DNA of 40,121 nt from an uncultured Rhodospirillales bacterium (GCA_963978305.1 CAXBRM010000003.1:1-40121), one strand, 5' to 3'. Positions 18,701 through 29,063 are shown, counted from the stretch's first letter. Notes: generated by a model not told the origin, from the sequence alone. Numbers and translations are program-made.

Positions 18701-19747
18701 TCAGAAGCTGACGCTGAAGTCAAAACCGGCCTCAGTGCCAGATTTCTTATCCGTGGTTTCACGGAGGTAATCGACCGGAGCATTATTGAATTGTTTGACA
18801 TGGCCGCCGATGCTCATGGTATCGCCGAGGCTGATTTCCGCACCGAAACTGAAGATGGTTGAGATCACTCGGTCGTCATCATCAATGCTTGTGCTGGTAT
18901 GCTCATAGTCGACCGAAATGTCCAAGTTGTCCTGCACCATCAGCACCGCGCCGAGACCATAAGAGAACCGCTCGGATTTTTCGTTGCCGCTGGCATGAGC
19001 GTCAGCGAAATCAATGTCTTCAACCGCGATGCTACCGCCCAGCTCAATCGCGCCATTGTTGATGAAGCCCGCCACCCGGTAGCCACGAATGGCGTCAACG
19101 GTATCTTCATAGTTGTTCATGGTATCTTCAAAAGCATAGCCGTTAATGCGCCCTGGGCCATACATTGAGACGAGGTCGTAGCCGGCGGCACCAGAAATCT
19201 TACCAGACTCAGGCTCATACGCAGCAGACACGGAAAGCGGTCCTTGAGCATGCGCGTAGATGATTTCAATGCTGTCGAAGACGGATGGACTGTCATCGCC
19301 CTCATCGAGAAATTTGGTTGTTGCGCCCGCACCGCCAACCGCCAGATCACCAGCGTAAGCGAGCTCGGTTACCCTTGGGCCGACCCTTGCCATAAGCGCG
19401 CTACTACCGCCGCTGACGCCGATCGATGCACTCTGCAACGTTATATTCATATCATCAAAGCTTGTGTTTGACGATTCAGCACCAAGGTCGGCATGACCAA
19501 AAACCCCAAAGCCGTACTCAGGCGCCGCCGCCGCAATATCAAATGAGACATCAAAGCTACCGGACTGGTCCCAAACGTCTTGCAGGTAATCTGGGTCATC
19601 GTCCTTGTCGGATGCAAAGCCAGTGCCGCCCAGGCTCACTTCACCAGTCAGTTGTACAGTTGATTCTTGCGCATTTGCCGCTGTCGAAATCCCCAAAGCG
19701 AGGCTGGCGGCCACGATGCTGGTCGTGTTGATCAAAAGGGCTTTCAT
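18701..19747 (-). CDS. Outer-membrane porin (alphaproteobacterial general porin-like), very acidic
   Basis: Signal peptide ending ANA, then VQLTGEV first strand, alternating beta-strand pattern, C-terminal FDFSVSF. GAGGA SD before ATG 19747. Confidence 0.75.
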   Translation of the reverse strand: MKALLINTTSIVAASLALGISTAANAQESTVQLTGEVSLGGTGFASDKDDDPDYLQDVWDQSGSFDVSFDIAAAAPEYGFGVFGHADLGAESSNTSFDDMNITLQSASIGVSGGSSALMARVGPRVTELAYAGDLAVGGAGATTKFLDEGDDSPSVFDSIEIIYAHAQGPLSVSAAYEPESGKISGAAGYDLVSMYGPGRINGYAFEDTMNNYEDTVDAIRGYRVAGFINNGAIELGGSIAVEDIDFADAHASGNEKSERFSYGLGAVLMVQDNLDISVDYEHTSTSIDDDDRVISTIFSFGAEISLGDTMSIGGHVKQFNNAPVDYLRETTDKKSGTEAGFDFSVSF

Positions 19748-19899
19748 GTCAAAATCCTCAAACAAAATAAAAAAACAAGGCAACCAGGTTGCGAGAGCTG
19801 CCAGCCGCGAAGCCTAAAATGTGAGCGACGTGACAGCACTTGATTACCCGTAAAATGCAGGCTGAGTGGCTTATGGACCAATCGGACTCTGCAAGTCTA

Positions 19900-19930
19900 A
19901 AAAAATTATGCGATTGGCGCATAATTTTTT
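19900..19930. promoter_or_regulatory. Perfect 13-bp inverted repeat, probable operator
   Basis: AAAAAATTATGCG-ATTGG-CGCATAATTTTTT in the divergent porin/dehydrogenase intergenic region. Confidence 0.55.
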
Positions 19931-20400
19931 GTGTGATACTTATGCAACCATTATTAAATCATTGTTTTTATTATATTCTTTTAGATTCGTTTACTTGACT
20001 GACCCAAATTGTGTGGACTGGCAGCAACAGTCTGACGGTCCACTGCCCCTAGAAGCGGTCCGAGTGCGTGGCTTATCCGGGCCACGAAGCCTTCCTTGCG
20101 CCGTTTGTGATGCGGACTCGCAAAGAACGCAGAATTTCAAGGAGCATCGTGGCCATCACCCCCTCAATCACGTGCTGATGCGCGCGGATGCCAAGCGCAC
20201 TGCGTCAAGCTGGCATAACCAGTGTTTCTAACGTGCCGCTATTTGGGGAGTATTTCTGTAATCAGTCGCATATCGGACAGAAAAACCAACTGCGCAAAGT
20301 GCGACCGAGTGGCGAAAGTGTCGAGATCGACTTGACCAATTGGGGAACGCCCGATTAGGTGGCAAAACATAAAGGCATTTTAACGTTGGGGAGCGTGGAA

Positions 20401-22857
20401 ATGGCACTTCCAAGTACAGCACGGGTTGTCGTCATCGGTGGCGGCGTAGTCGGCGCTAGTTGTGTGTATCACTTAGCAAAAGCCGGATGGAGCGATTGCG
20501 TTCTTATCGAAAAAAATGAATTAACATCCGGTTCGACCTGGCACGCTGCGGGCAACTGTCCGGCTTTCTCCGGGTCTTGGGCGGTGATGAATATGCAGCG
20601 CTATTCGACTGAACTGTATCGCGGGCTAGGCGATGAGGTCGATTATCCGATGAACTACCATGTGACTGGTTCGATCCGCCTGGGCCACAGTAAAGAGCGC
20701 ACCGAAGAGTTCAAACGTGTCATGGGCATGGGGCGCTATCAAGGCATCGACATGAGCATGTTGACCCACGCCGAAGCCAAAGAAATGTATCCGTTCCTGG
20801 AAACCCATGACTTAGACGGAATCCTCTTTGACCCGACCGATGGTGACATTGATCCGGCGCAACTTACCCAGGCATTGGCTAAGGGCGCCCGAAACTTAGG
20901 GGCACACGTCGAACGCTTTTGCGCGCTCGAGGGCGCACACTTTGATCGGCAAGCACAAGAGTGGACCCTGCAAACCACTAAAGGCGAGCTCAAATCCTAA
21001 TACGTCGTCAATTCGGCAGGCTACCGGGCGCAGGAAGTTGGACAAATGCTCGGAGGCCGCTGGGTGCCGATGGTGAGCATGAGCCACCAATACCTGCTGA
21101 CTGATCCGGTGCCTGAAGTAGAAGAATTTATGAAAAATAACGGTGGCAAAAAACTGCCGCTCCTCCGTGACGTCGACAGCAGCTACTACCTGCGGCAAGA
21201 AAAAACAGGTTTCAACTTGGGGCCCTATGAGCGGAACTGCAAAGCACACTGGATCAGCGCTGATGACCCGATGCCAGATGACTTTAGCTTTCAATTGTGG
21301 GAAGACGACCTCGACCGCTTAGAATGGTACATTGAAGACGCTATGGCGCGCGTCCCCCAGCTAGGCACCAGCGGTGTTAGCCGCGTCATCAACGGTCCAA
21401 TCCCCTACACCCCTGACGGTTTACCGCTGATCGGTCCGGTGCCGGGTGTACCAAATGCCTTTGAGGCTTGTGTCTTTACCTTTGGCATCACTCAAGGCGG
21501 CGGCGCGGGCAAAGTCCTCGCCGAATGGGTTATCGAAGGCGGCACCGAGTGGGATATGTGGGCTGTTGATCCGCGCCGCTTCGGTCAGTGGGTCAATGGT
21601 GACCAAGAATACTGCAATATCAAAGGGATGGAGGTTTACGGTCACGAGTACGCGATGCACTTTCCCTGTATGACCTGGCCAGAAGGCCGCAACAAACGGT
21701 TGTCGCCGGTGCATGACAAAATCGTCGAGCTGGGGGGCGTGATGGGTGACTACAATGGCTGGGAGCGTGCCAATTGGTTTGCTAAAGATGGCGACGACAC
21801 CAGCTGGGAGAGCACTCAAACCTGGCAACGGCAGGGCCCATGGGAGCCGCGCGTCAAAGAAGAAGTTGAAGCTGTCCGGGATTCTGCTGGCATCCTGGAT
21901 TTACCGGGTTTCAGCCGCTTTATCGTTGAAGGCGAAGGGGCGTTGGACTGGCTACGCACGCTCGTCGCCGGTCCCATCGCCCGGGTTGGCCGGATTGGCC
22001 TCGTATATTTCCCCGATGATCAGGGCCGCATCCTGACAGAAATGAGCATTGTCCGCTTTGCAGACAATCGCTTTATGCTGATTACGGCTGCGTCAGCAGA
22101 AGATCATGATTTCGAGTGGTTGATGCGGCATCGTCCAAGCGATGCCCGCTTTACGATCACCAATACCACCACCGACACCAATACCTTCATTGTTGCTGGC
22201 CCTAAAAGCCGGGAACTCCTGGCGCCGATTGCTGAGCAGGCTGATTTGTCACAACCCTGGCTGACCTTCCAGAGCGCGAAAATTGCCGGTGTCGAGCTTC
22301 ATTTGCTGCGCGTGTCATTCGCTGGCGAGCTGGGCTGGGAAGTTCACGTGCCAGTTGAAAGCGCAGCGCCCGTTTACAAGGCTATTTTGGGACAAGGTAT
22401 CAAGCCATTCGGAATGTTTGCGCTGAACAGCATGCGCATCGAGAAGGGCTATCGCGCCTGGAAGGGCGACCTAAGCACCGATTATAGCTTACTCGAAGGT
22501 GGTCTTGAGCGCTTTGTCCGTCTTGACAATGATTACGACTTCAAAGGTAAGCAGGCCATTCAGTTGGAAAAGCAACGAGGCGTGAATAAGCAATTTGTCA
22601 GCTTGAAAGTTGACGCGGGCGCTTATGATGCGCCCTACATGAGTTGTGTCTGGCACGGCGACGAGATCGTGGGTGAGACAACGTCGGGCGCTTGGGGATA
22701 CCGCGTCGGTCACTCTGTGGCGCTTGGCATGGTAAAAGCCAATGTCGCCCAACCTGGAACGCAGCTTGAAATCGAAATGTACGGCGAACGCTATCGGGCT
22801 GTTGTGGCGGAGCATGATGCCCAGTGGGATCCAACAAATCAACGACTGCGGGCCTGA
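20401..22857 (+). pseudogene. Dimethylglycine dehydrogenase-like FAD-dependent oxidoreductase/GcvT fusion, interrupted by an in-frame TAA at 20998-21000 (pseudogene or sequence error)
   Basis: GGGVVG, GSTWHAAG and DPAQLTQALA, then KGELKS*YVVNSAGY continuing in the same frame into NGPIPYTPDG, GWERANWF, RVSFAGELGWE and SMRIEKGY. Confidence 0.85.
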
Positions 22858-22934
22858 ATGCAGGCGCACAAGTACTCACAGCGAGAGTCGCAGTAAGCAG
22901 AAAAATGTTTGACAGAATTTTGGGGCAAACACCT

Positions 22935-25391
22935 ATGGCAAACCTACCAAGCAAAGCGCGAGCGGTGATTATTGGCGGTGGTGTGAGCGGTTGCTCGGTC
23001 GCTTACCATTTGACCAAGCTGGGGTGGACAGATGTTGTTTTGCTGGAGCGCAAGCAACTCACCTGTGGAACAACTTGGCATGCGGCAGGTCTGATCGGTC
23101 AATTGCGCACCAACCAAAATTTAACGCGATTGTCCAAGTATTCTACCGACCTGTACATGAAACTCGAAGAAGAGACCGGTATTGCGACAGGCATGAAAGC
23201 CAACGGCAGCATGACCGTTGCACTGACCGAGGCCCGAAAAGAAGAGATTTATCGCCAAGCCAGTCTGGCGCGTGCCTTTGACGTTGAAGCTCATCCAATC
23301 AGTCCCGAAGAAGCCAAGGCCATGTACCCACATCTCAACATCGACGGTGTTGTTGGCGCGGTGCATTTGCCTGGCGATGGCCAAGCCGATCCAGCCAATA
23401 TCGCACTGGCACTCGCGAAAGGTGCACGAATGCGCGGTGCCATGATCAAGGAAGGCGTTCGAGTGACCGCCATTCAGCAAATGGATGGTCGTGTCACAGG
23501 TGTACAATGGGCAGCCGATGATAGCGATGATCGTGGCAACATTGAAACAGACGTGGTCATCAACTGCGCTGGCATGTGGGCAAGAGAGGTTGGCGCTTTG
23601 GCTGGTGTCAGCGTTCCATTGCACGCCTGTGAGCACTTTTATCTGGTCACTGAACCTGTAGACGGCTTGAGCCAATTGCCAGTTCTGCGTGTTCCAGACG
23701 AATACGCATACTACAAAGAAGATGCTGGCAAAATGATGATTGGAGCCTTCGAGCCAAAGTCTAAGCCTTGGGGCATGGACGGCATCTCAGCTGATTTCTG
23801 CTTCGACCAACTGCCAGAAGATTTCGAACATTTTGAACCCATCCTTGAAATGGGGGTCAATCGGCTGCCTCTGTTCGCTGATGCAGGCATACATACGTTC
23901 TTCAATGGCCCAGAAAGCTTCACGCCAGACGATAGCTATTACCTCGGCGAGGCACCGGAATTAAGGGGGTTCTGGGTTGCCGCGGGCTACAACAGCATCG
24001 GGATTGTTAGCAGCGGTGGAGCTGGGATGGCGCTTGCCCAATGGATAAACGACGGCGAACCACCTTTTGATTTATGGAGTGTTGATATTCGTCGTGCCCA
24101 ACCGTTCGAGAAAAACCGCCATTATTTGAAAGAGCGGGTCAGCGAAAGCCTGGGCCTGCTTTACCAGGACCATTGGCCGTATCGTCAGCCTGAGACATCC
24201 CGAGGTATTCGCCGCTCACCCTTGCACGAACACCTCAAAGCTCGCGGTGCTGTCTTTGGTGTCACCGCCGGATGGGAGCGGGCAAACTGGTTTGCCGACG
24301 AAGACCAAGAACGAGAATACAGGTACAGCTGGGGACCGCAAAATTGGTTTGAAAATGCCAAACGGGAACATTTGGCTGTGCGCGAGGGCGTTGGCCTGTT
24401 TGACATGTCCTCGTTCGGCAAGCTGCGCATCGAAGGCCGCGACGCCCTGGCATTTTTGCAAAAGCTGTGTGCCAACCAAATGGACACGGCGGTTGGCAAA
24501 ATCACTTACACGCAGATGCTCAACCGCAACGGCGGCATTGAAAGCGACTTAACAGTCACTCGATTAGCTGACACCAGCTTTCTGGCGGTTGTCCCGGCTG
24601 CAACAGTTGTCCGCGATATGGCTTGGATGAAGCGCCACATCGGTGATCTAAATGTTGTGGTCATCGACATTACGGCCAGCGAAAGCGTTTTGTGCCTGAT
24701 GGGACCGAACGCCCGCAACGTGCTCGCCGAGTGTTCACCAAATGATTTCAGCAATGCAGCGCACCCATTTGGAACGATGCGTGAGATCGAAATCGGCATG
24801 GGCATCGCCCGTGCTCACCGCGTTACCTATGTTGGCGAGTTGGGCTGGGAAATCTACGCAAGCGCAGATCAAACCGCACATATTTTTGAAGCCATTGAGT
24901 CCGCTGGTGCCAGCCACGGTCTTCGCCTAGCGGGCCTGCACGTTCTCGACAGTTGCAGAATTGAAAAGGCATTCCGTCATTTTGGTCACGACATCACCGA
25001 TGAGGATCACGTTCTGGAGGCAGGCCTCGGTTTTGCTGTTAAAGTCGACAAAGGCAGCGACTTCATTGGGCGTGAAGCCGTGATTGCCAAACAGGAAACT
25101 GGCCTCAACAACCGCATGGTCCAGTTCAAAGCGGAAGACCCGAGCGTCATGCTTTATCATAATGAGCCAATCATCAGAGATGGTCAGGTGGTGAGCTTTC
25201 TAACCAGTGGCAACTACGGCCATTATCTTGGTGGCAGCATCGGCATGGGCTACGTGCCAACGCCGGATCGTGAGAAAGCAGATGAGCTTTTGGCCAGTCG
25301 CTTCGAGGTAGATGTCGCCGGAACCCGTATCCCTGTCGTCGCAAGCTTGAAGCCAATGTACGACCCGAAGTCAGAGCGTGTCAAAATGTAA
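22935..25391 (+). CDS. Sarcosine/dimethylglycine dehydrogenase-like FAD-dependent oxidoreductase/GcvT fusion
   Basis: GGGVSG, GTTWHAAG, NCAGMW, NGPESFTPD, GWERANWF, RVTYVGELGWE, SCRIEK. Start at ATG 22935 (MANLPSKAR). Confidence 0.92.
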   Translation: MANLPSKARAVIIGGGVSGCSVAYHLTKLGWTDVVLLERKQLTCGTTWHAAGLIGQLRTNQNLTRLSKYSTDLYMKLEEETGIATGMKANGSMTVALTEARKEEIYRQASLARAFDVEAHPISPEEAKAMYPHLNIDGVVGAVHLPGDGQADPANIALALAKGARMRGAMIKEGVRVTAIQQMDGRVTGVQWAADDSDDRGNIETDVVINCAGMWAREVGALAGVSVPLHACEHFYLVTEPVDGLSQLPVLRVPDEYAYYKEDAGKMMIGAFEPKSKPWGMDGISADFCFDQLPEDFEHFEPILEMGVNRLPLFADAGIHTFFNGPESFTPDDSYYLGEAPELRGFWVAAGYNSIGIVSSGGAGMALAQWINDGEPPFDLWSVDIRRAQPFEKNRHYLKERVSESLGLLYQDHWPYRQPETSRGIRRSPLHEHLKARGAVFGVTAGWERANWFADEDQEREYRYSWGPQNWFENAKREHLAVREGVGLFDMSSFGKLRIEGRDALAFLQKLCANQMDTAVGKITYTQMLNRNGGIESDLTVTRLADTSFLAVVPAATVVRDMAWMKRHIGDLNVVVIDITASESVLCLMGPNARNVLAECSPNDFSNAAHPFGTMREIEIGMGIARAHRVTYVGELGWEIYASADQTAHIFEAIESAGASHGLRLAGLHVLDSCRIEKAFRHFGHDITDEDHVLEAGLGFAVKVDKGSDFIGREAVIAKQETGLNNRMVQFKAEDPSVMLYHNEPIIRDGQVVSFLTSGNYGHYLGGSIGMGYVPTPDREKADELLASRFEVDVAGTRIPVVASLKPMYDPKSERVKM

Positions 25392-25518
25392 AGCAAACCA
25401 GAAAGTTAGCCGAAGGAACCGCGAAATACCTTTTCAGTTTATTCGAGATTTAGTCCCCTTTGGCATCACCACCTCAGCCTGCTGAGGACCCTAACAAAGT
25501 CTATCGTGGAGCGAAACC

Positions 25519-27069
25519 ATGGAAGAACCAAAAAGCGAACGCAAATCACGCCGCGCGGGTGGCCGAGCGGCTCGTCATGCCGAACGTGCAGCGCCTTTGG
25601 CTGATGATCTTCGGCCCGTAAGACCCGGCATGTCTGGTGGCACTTACAGACCACTGACTGACGAAGACATTCGCCAGATCCATGGCGTTGCTCTCGATGC
25701 CCTTGAGCAAATTGGCATGGCGGATGCACCTGAGCGCGGCAAGCAGGCAATGCTTGAGGCTGGCTGCACTTGGAATGAGGAAACTCAACGGATTTTATTT
25801 CCAAAACGGCTCGTCGAAGCCAGCATTGAAATGACCCCAAAAGAGTTTAAAATCTACGGTCAACATGCACCAGAATTCGACCTGACCCTAAGCGGCAACC
25901 GCGTTCATTATGCAACCGCTGGCGCAGCTGTCCACACCGTTGATGTTGATACCAAGGAATACAAAGAAAGTACGCTTGATGATTTGCATACGGCGGCGAA
26001 AATCGTCGAAGAGATGGACAATATCCATTTTTTCCAGCGCCCGGTTGTCGCGCGTGACGTGCTTGATAACGTCGAAATGGACTACAATACCATGTGGGCC
26101 TGTTTAACCGGCACGCGGAAGCCAATCGGCACATCAATATTCGAAATTGACGCGGTCGCGCCATGCTTTGATATGCTTTACCGCGTCGCAGGCAGCGAGC
26201 AAGCGTATCGGATGAAACCTTTCGCCATGCTCAGCTGTACCTTTGTCGTACCACCAATGAAGTACGCCACCGAAAGCTGCGCCGTGATGGAACGTTGCAT
26301 CGACGGTGGCATGCCGGTCTTGTTGCTATCGGCTGGGCAAGCTGGCGCAACCTCGCCTGCAGCTATTGCTGGGTCAATCATGCAAGCCCACGCCGAATGC
26401 TTGTCGGGCGTTGTTTATGTGAACGCGATCCAAAAGGGTCATCCCTTGCTTTTTGGCCCTTGGCCTTTCGTTAGCGATTTGCGGAGCGGCGCAATGAGTG
26501 GTGGATCGGGTGAACAAGCAATTCTTAGCTGCGGGGTAGCCCAAATGGGGCAGTACATCGGTCTACCGACTGGCACAGCCGCAGGCATGAGCGACGCCAA
26601 GCTGCCAGACATCCAAGCGGGCTATGAAAAAGGCATCACGACCGTGATGGCGGGCCTGGCCGGCGCCAATATGGTTTACGAGAGCGCGGGCATGCATGCC
26701 TCTTTGCTGGGATTTTGCCTGGAAAGCCTGGTCATTGACAACGATATGCTTGGGCAGGCGATGCGTTGTGTCCGCGGCATTGAGGTTGATACCAGCCGTT
26801 TGTCTTTAGAAACCATGCGCGAAGTTGCGCTGGTCGGGCCCGGCCACTACCTGGGCACTGAGCAAACCATGAGCCTGATGCAGACAGAGTACGTCTATCC
26901 GAAGATCGGAGACCGTTTGTCGCCGAAGGAATGGGCCGAAGTTGGCAAACCGGAGATCGTTGAACAGGCAAAGAAAAAGGTTGCTGACATTCGCGCCAAA
27001 AAACCAACCCATATCGATCCAGCGCTTGATCAAATGATCCGCGAGAAATTCAACATATACATAAACTGA
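25519..27069 (+). CDS. Trimethylamine methyltransferase (MttB) superfamily protein, non-pyrrolysine type
   Basis: RRAGGRAAR N-terminus, QAGATSPAAIAG, DLRSGAMSGGSGE, SDAKLPDIQAGYEK, GPGHYLG. Continuous frame with no amber codon. Confidence 0.9.
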   Translation: MEEPKSERKSRRAGGRAARHAERAAPLADDLRPVRPGMSGGTYRPLTDEDIRQIHGVALDALEQIGMADAPERGKQAMLEAGCTWNEETQRILFPKRLVEASIEMTPKEFKIYGQHAPEFDLTLSGNRVHYATAGAAVHTVDVDTKEYKESTLDDLHTAAKIVEEMDNIHFFQRPVVARDVLDNVEMDYNTMWACLTGTRKPIGTSIFEIDAVAPCFDMLYRVAGSEQAYRMKPFAMLSCTFVVPPMKYATESCAVMERCIDGGMPVLLLSAGQAGATSPAAIAGSIMQAHAECLSGVVYVNAIQKGHPLLFGPWPFVSDLRSGAMSGGSGEQAILSCGVAQMGQYIGLPTGTAAGMSDAKLPDIQAGYEKGITTVMAGLAGANMVYESAGMHASLLGFCLESLVIDNDMLGQAMRCVRGIEVDTSRLSLETMREVALVGPGHYLGTEQTMSLMQTEYVYPKIGDRLSPKEWAEVGKPEIVEQAKKKVADIRAKKPTHIDPALDQMIREKFNIYIN

Positions 27070-27156
27070 CCTCGATTGAACTGGCGTCAAGCACCCTATG
27101 ACTTGGCCACAGCGGTTCTCTGGGATGGTCTGGTTATCGCATGGTTTTTCTGGGCG

Positions 27157-28122
27157 TCACCGCTTGGGGATGACCTCAAAGCCAGCTTGTTCAGGCTCGT
27201 CATCCACCATTTGCGATGGAAATCCGCTGCCTAATACCTCAATGCCCAACTTATCTTCAAAACGCTTGATCAGATTGGGTGACCATTCACGATCACCATA
27301 CTTGGCACGGCCGTCACGCACGATGTCGAGTAAGAAATGGGACAGCTCGAGCTGCGCCCCTACCCGCTCTGCAAACTCAGTAAAAATCGATAAATCTTTA
27401 TCGACCAAATCGAGGGTAAAGCTGATGTCGCGGCTGCCGTTCAAAATCACTTGGCTTTCCGTTTCATGGACAAAACTTGTGCCGCTTGAAGCAGCAATAG
27501 CCTCGTAACTGGTGTTCATATCCAGGCCAGCCATTTTGCAGGTTACCAGGGCTTCTATACAGCTAACCAAGTTCGCCGTGGCCAAATAGTTGGTTACGAC
27601 TTTGAGAACGCTGGCGCTGCCCAGCGCGCCTGTATGAATAATACGACGACCCATCTTCGTCAGCAGCGGCAGCATGGTTTCAAACGCGTGCCGTGAGCCA
27701 CCAGCAAAGATGGAAATATTCCCCGTTCCAGCCCGATGGCAGCCGCCAGAGACAGGGCAATCGACTGGCTCAGCCCCAAGCGCTTGGATTTTCTCGCCGA
27801 TGCGCTTGACTTCCGCATCAATCGTGGTGCTCATCTCCGCCCAAATTTTTCCAGACCCACCGCTGGCAGCAAAGCCAGCCAGTACACCATCCTCGGCTTC
27901 CAACACAGTGGCGCTCGCTGTGGGGCTGGGCAAACAGGTAATCACGACCTGGCATTGCGCAGCCATTTCCTTGGGGCTCTCGGCCCAACCAGCGCCTCGA
28001 TCGATCAAAGGTTGCGCCATATTTTTATCCAGATCGCGCACCATCAGCTCAACGCCATTGCGCAGCAGGCTCGCTGACAACTGACCACCAACGTTCCCCA
28101 GACCGATAAATCCAACCTTCAT
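27157..28122 (-). CDS. NAD(P)-dependent beta-hydroxyacid dehydrogenase (3-hydroxyisobutyrate dehydrogenase family)
   Basis: VGFIGLGNVG, TCLP, EMST, DCPVSGG, catalytic LKVVTN; GGGGG SD. Confidence 0.9.
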   Translation of the reverse strand: MKVGFIGLGNVGGQLSASLLRNGVELMVRDLDKNMAQPLIDRGAGWAESPKEMAAQCQVVITCLPSPTASATVLEAEDGVLAGFAASGGSGKIWAEMSTTIDAEVKRIGEKIQALGAEPVDCPVSGGCHRAGTGNISIFAGGSRHAFETMLPLLTKMGRRIIHTGALGSASVLKVVTNYLATANLVSCIEALVTCKMAGLDMNTSYEAIAASSGTSFVHETESQVILNGSRDISFTLDLVDKDLSIFTEFAERVGAQLELSHFLLDIVRDGRAKYGDREWSPNLIKRFEDKLGIEVLGSGFPSQMVDDEPEQAGFEVIPKR

Positions 28123-28217
28123 CGCATTTCCCCCCTGCTCACTTGCACGCCTTTAACTACCTGCCCATGCCTCAACTTTTTCCGTCACAATAGTCCAGAA
28201 GAGGCAATTTTTGCCTG

Positions 28218-29063
28218 CTAAGCAAAAAGTTCTGCTTCGACCAAATCTGCCGTATGGCGATTGCTTGCCGCAATCAAGCGATCTCGTTGCCACGACGTGT
28301 TATAAAGCGATCCATCCGGCAGGATGTCGACGCCGCCGGCTTCGCGCAGAATGATCAAGCCAGGGCAATGATCCCACGCATTGAGTAAGCCAAAAACGGC
28401 AAAATCGTAACGACCATCAGCCAAGCGAACATATGTCTCGCCTGCGCAACCAAGACAATCTGTCTTCAAAAACTTTGCCGCGTTTGCTCGGGCTGGATCC
28501 TGATCTGCTTGGTGAAGCCATTTAAAACTGATGGTGCCAGCTAAATCTGCTGGTCGAGGCGCCGACTTTCTGGTTGACAGACGCCGTCGCTCGCCGGCTT
28601 CCGGCTGCATCCAGGCGCCCTGGCCCTCTATCGCCCAGAATAATTGCCGCTTAACCGGCTGCCATATCATGCCTAACAGCGGTTGCTGTTGGTAGACCAA
28701 CGCCAGCATCGTCACAAAGGTCTCTCGGCCCTGGGCAAAATTCCGCGTTCCGTCCACAGGGTCGATCACCCATACTGGCGCATCAGAAGCTAAGCGCGCC
28801 AAAACACTGCCGCTTCGATCCTCGGCGACTGCTTCTTCGCCGACGACCATCGAGCCTGGCAAAAGCTCAGCCAATCTGGGTGTCAGCCACTGCTCGGTTT
28901 CGATATCAGCGATGGTAACCAAATCGGTTGGTGAGCTTTTGGTTTTAATGTCATTCGCCGCTAAAGACCGAAAGCGCGGGACAATCAAGCGGTCGGAAGC
29001 CTCAACCATTAAATCCAGCACTGCTGGCACCAAACCGCTAAGTGTTTTGTCTGATAAAACCAT
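28218..29063 (-). CDS. Inositol monophosphatase family protein
   Basis: DLVTIAD, GEE, WVIDPVDGTRNF, AWD...EAGG. Confidence 0.92.
   Translation of the reverse strand: MVLSDKTLSGLVPAVLDLMVEASDRLIVPRFRSLAANDIKTKSSPTDLVTIADIETEQWLTPRLAELLPGSMVVGEEAVAEDRSGSVLARLASDAPVWVIDPVDGTRNFAQGRETFVTMLALVYQQQPLLGMIWQPVKRQLFWAIEGQGAWMQPEAGERRRLSTRKSAPRPADLAGTISFKWLHQADQDPARANAAKFLKTDCLGCAGETYVRLADGRYDFAVFGLLNAWDHCPGLIILREAGGVDILPDGSLYNTSWQRDRLIAASNRHTADLVEAELFA

Noticed and set aside
19914-19950. GGCGCATAA resembling the XerC arm of dif
   Set aside because: The TTATG-type arm is not at 6-bp spacing; better explained as half of the inverted repeat.
19866-20231. 121-aa ORF in the porin/dehydrogenase gap
   Set aside because: GTG start without SD, runs through the palindrome and AT tract, and has no protein-like features.
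20230-20400. Glycine riboswitch upstream of the GcvT-like genes
   Set aside because: No GGAGA...CCGAAG...CUCUCAGG pattern seen.
20998-21000. Selenocysteine/pyrrolysine recoding of the internal stop
   Set aside because: The codon is TAA, not TGA or TAG; the position is non-catalytic; TAA terminates other genes in the window.
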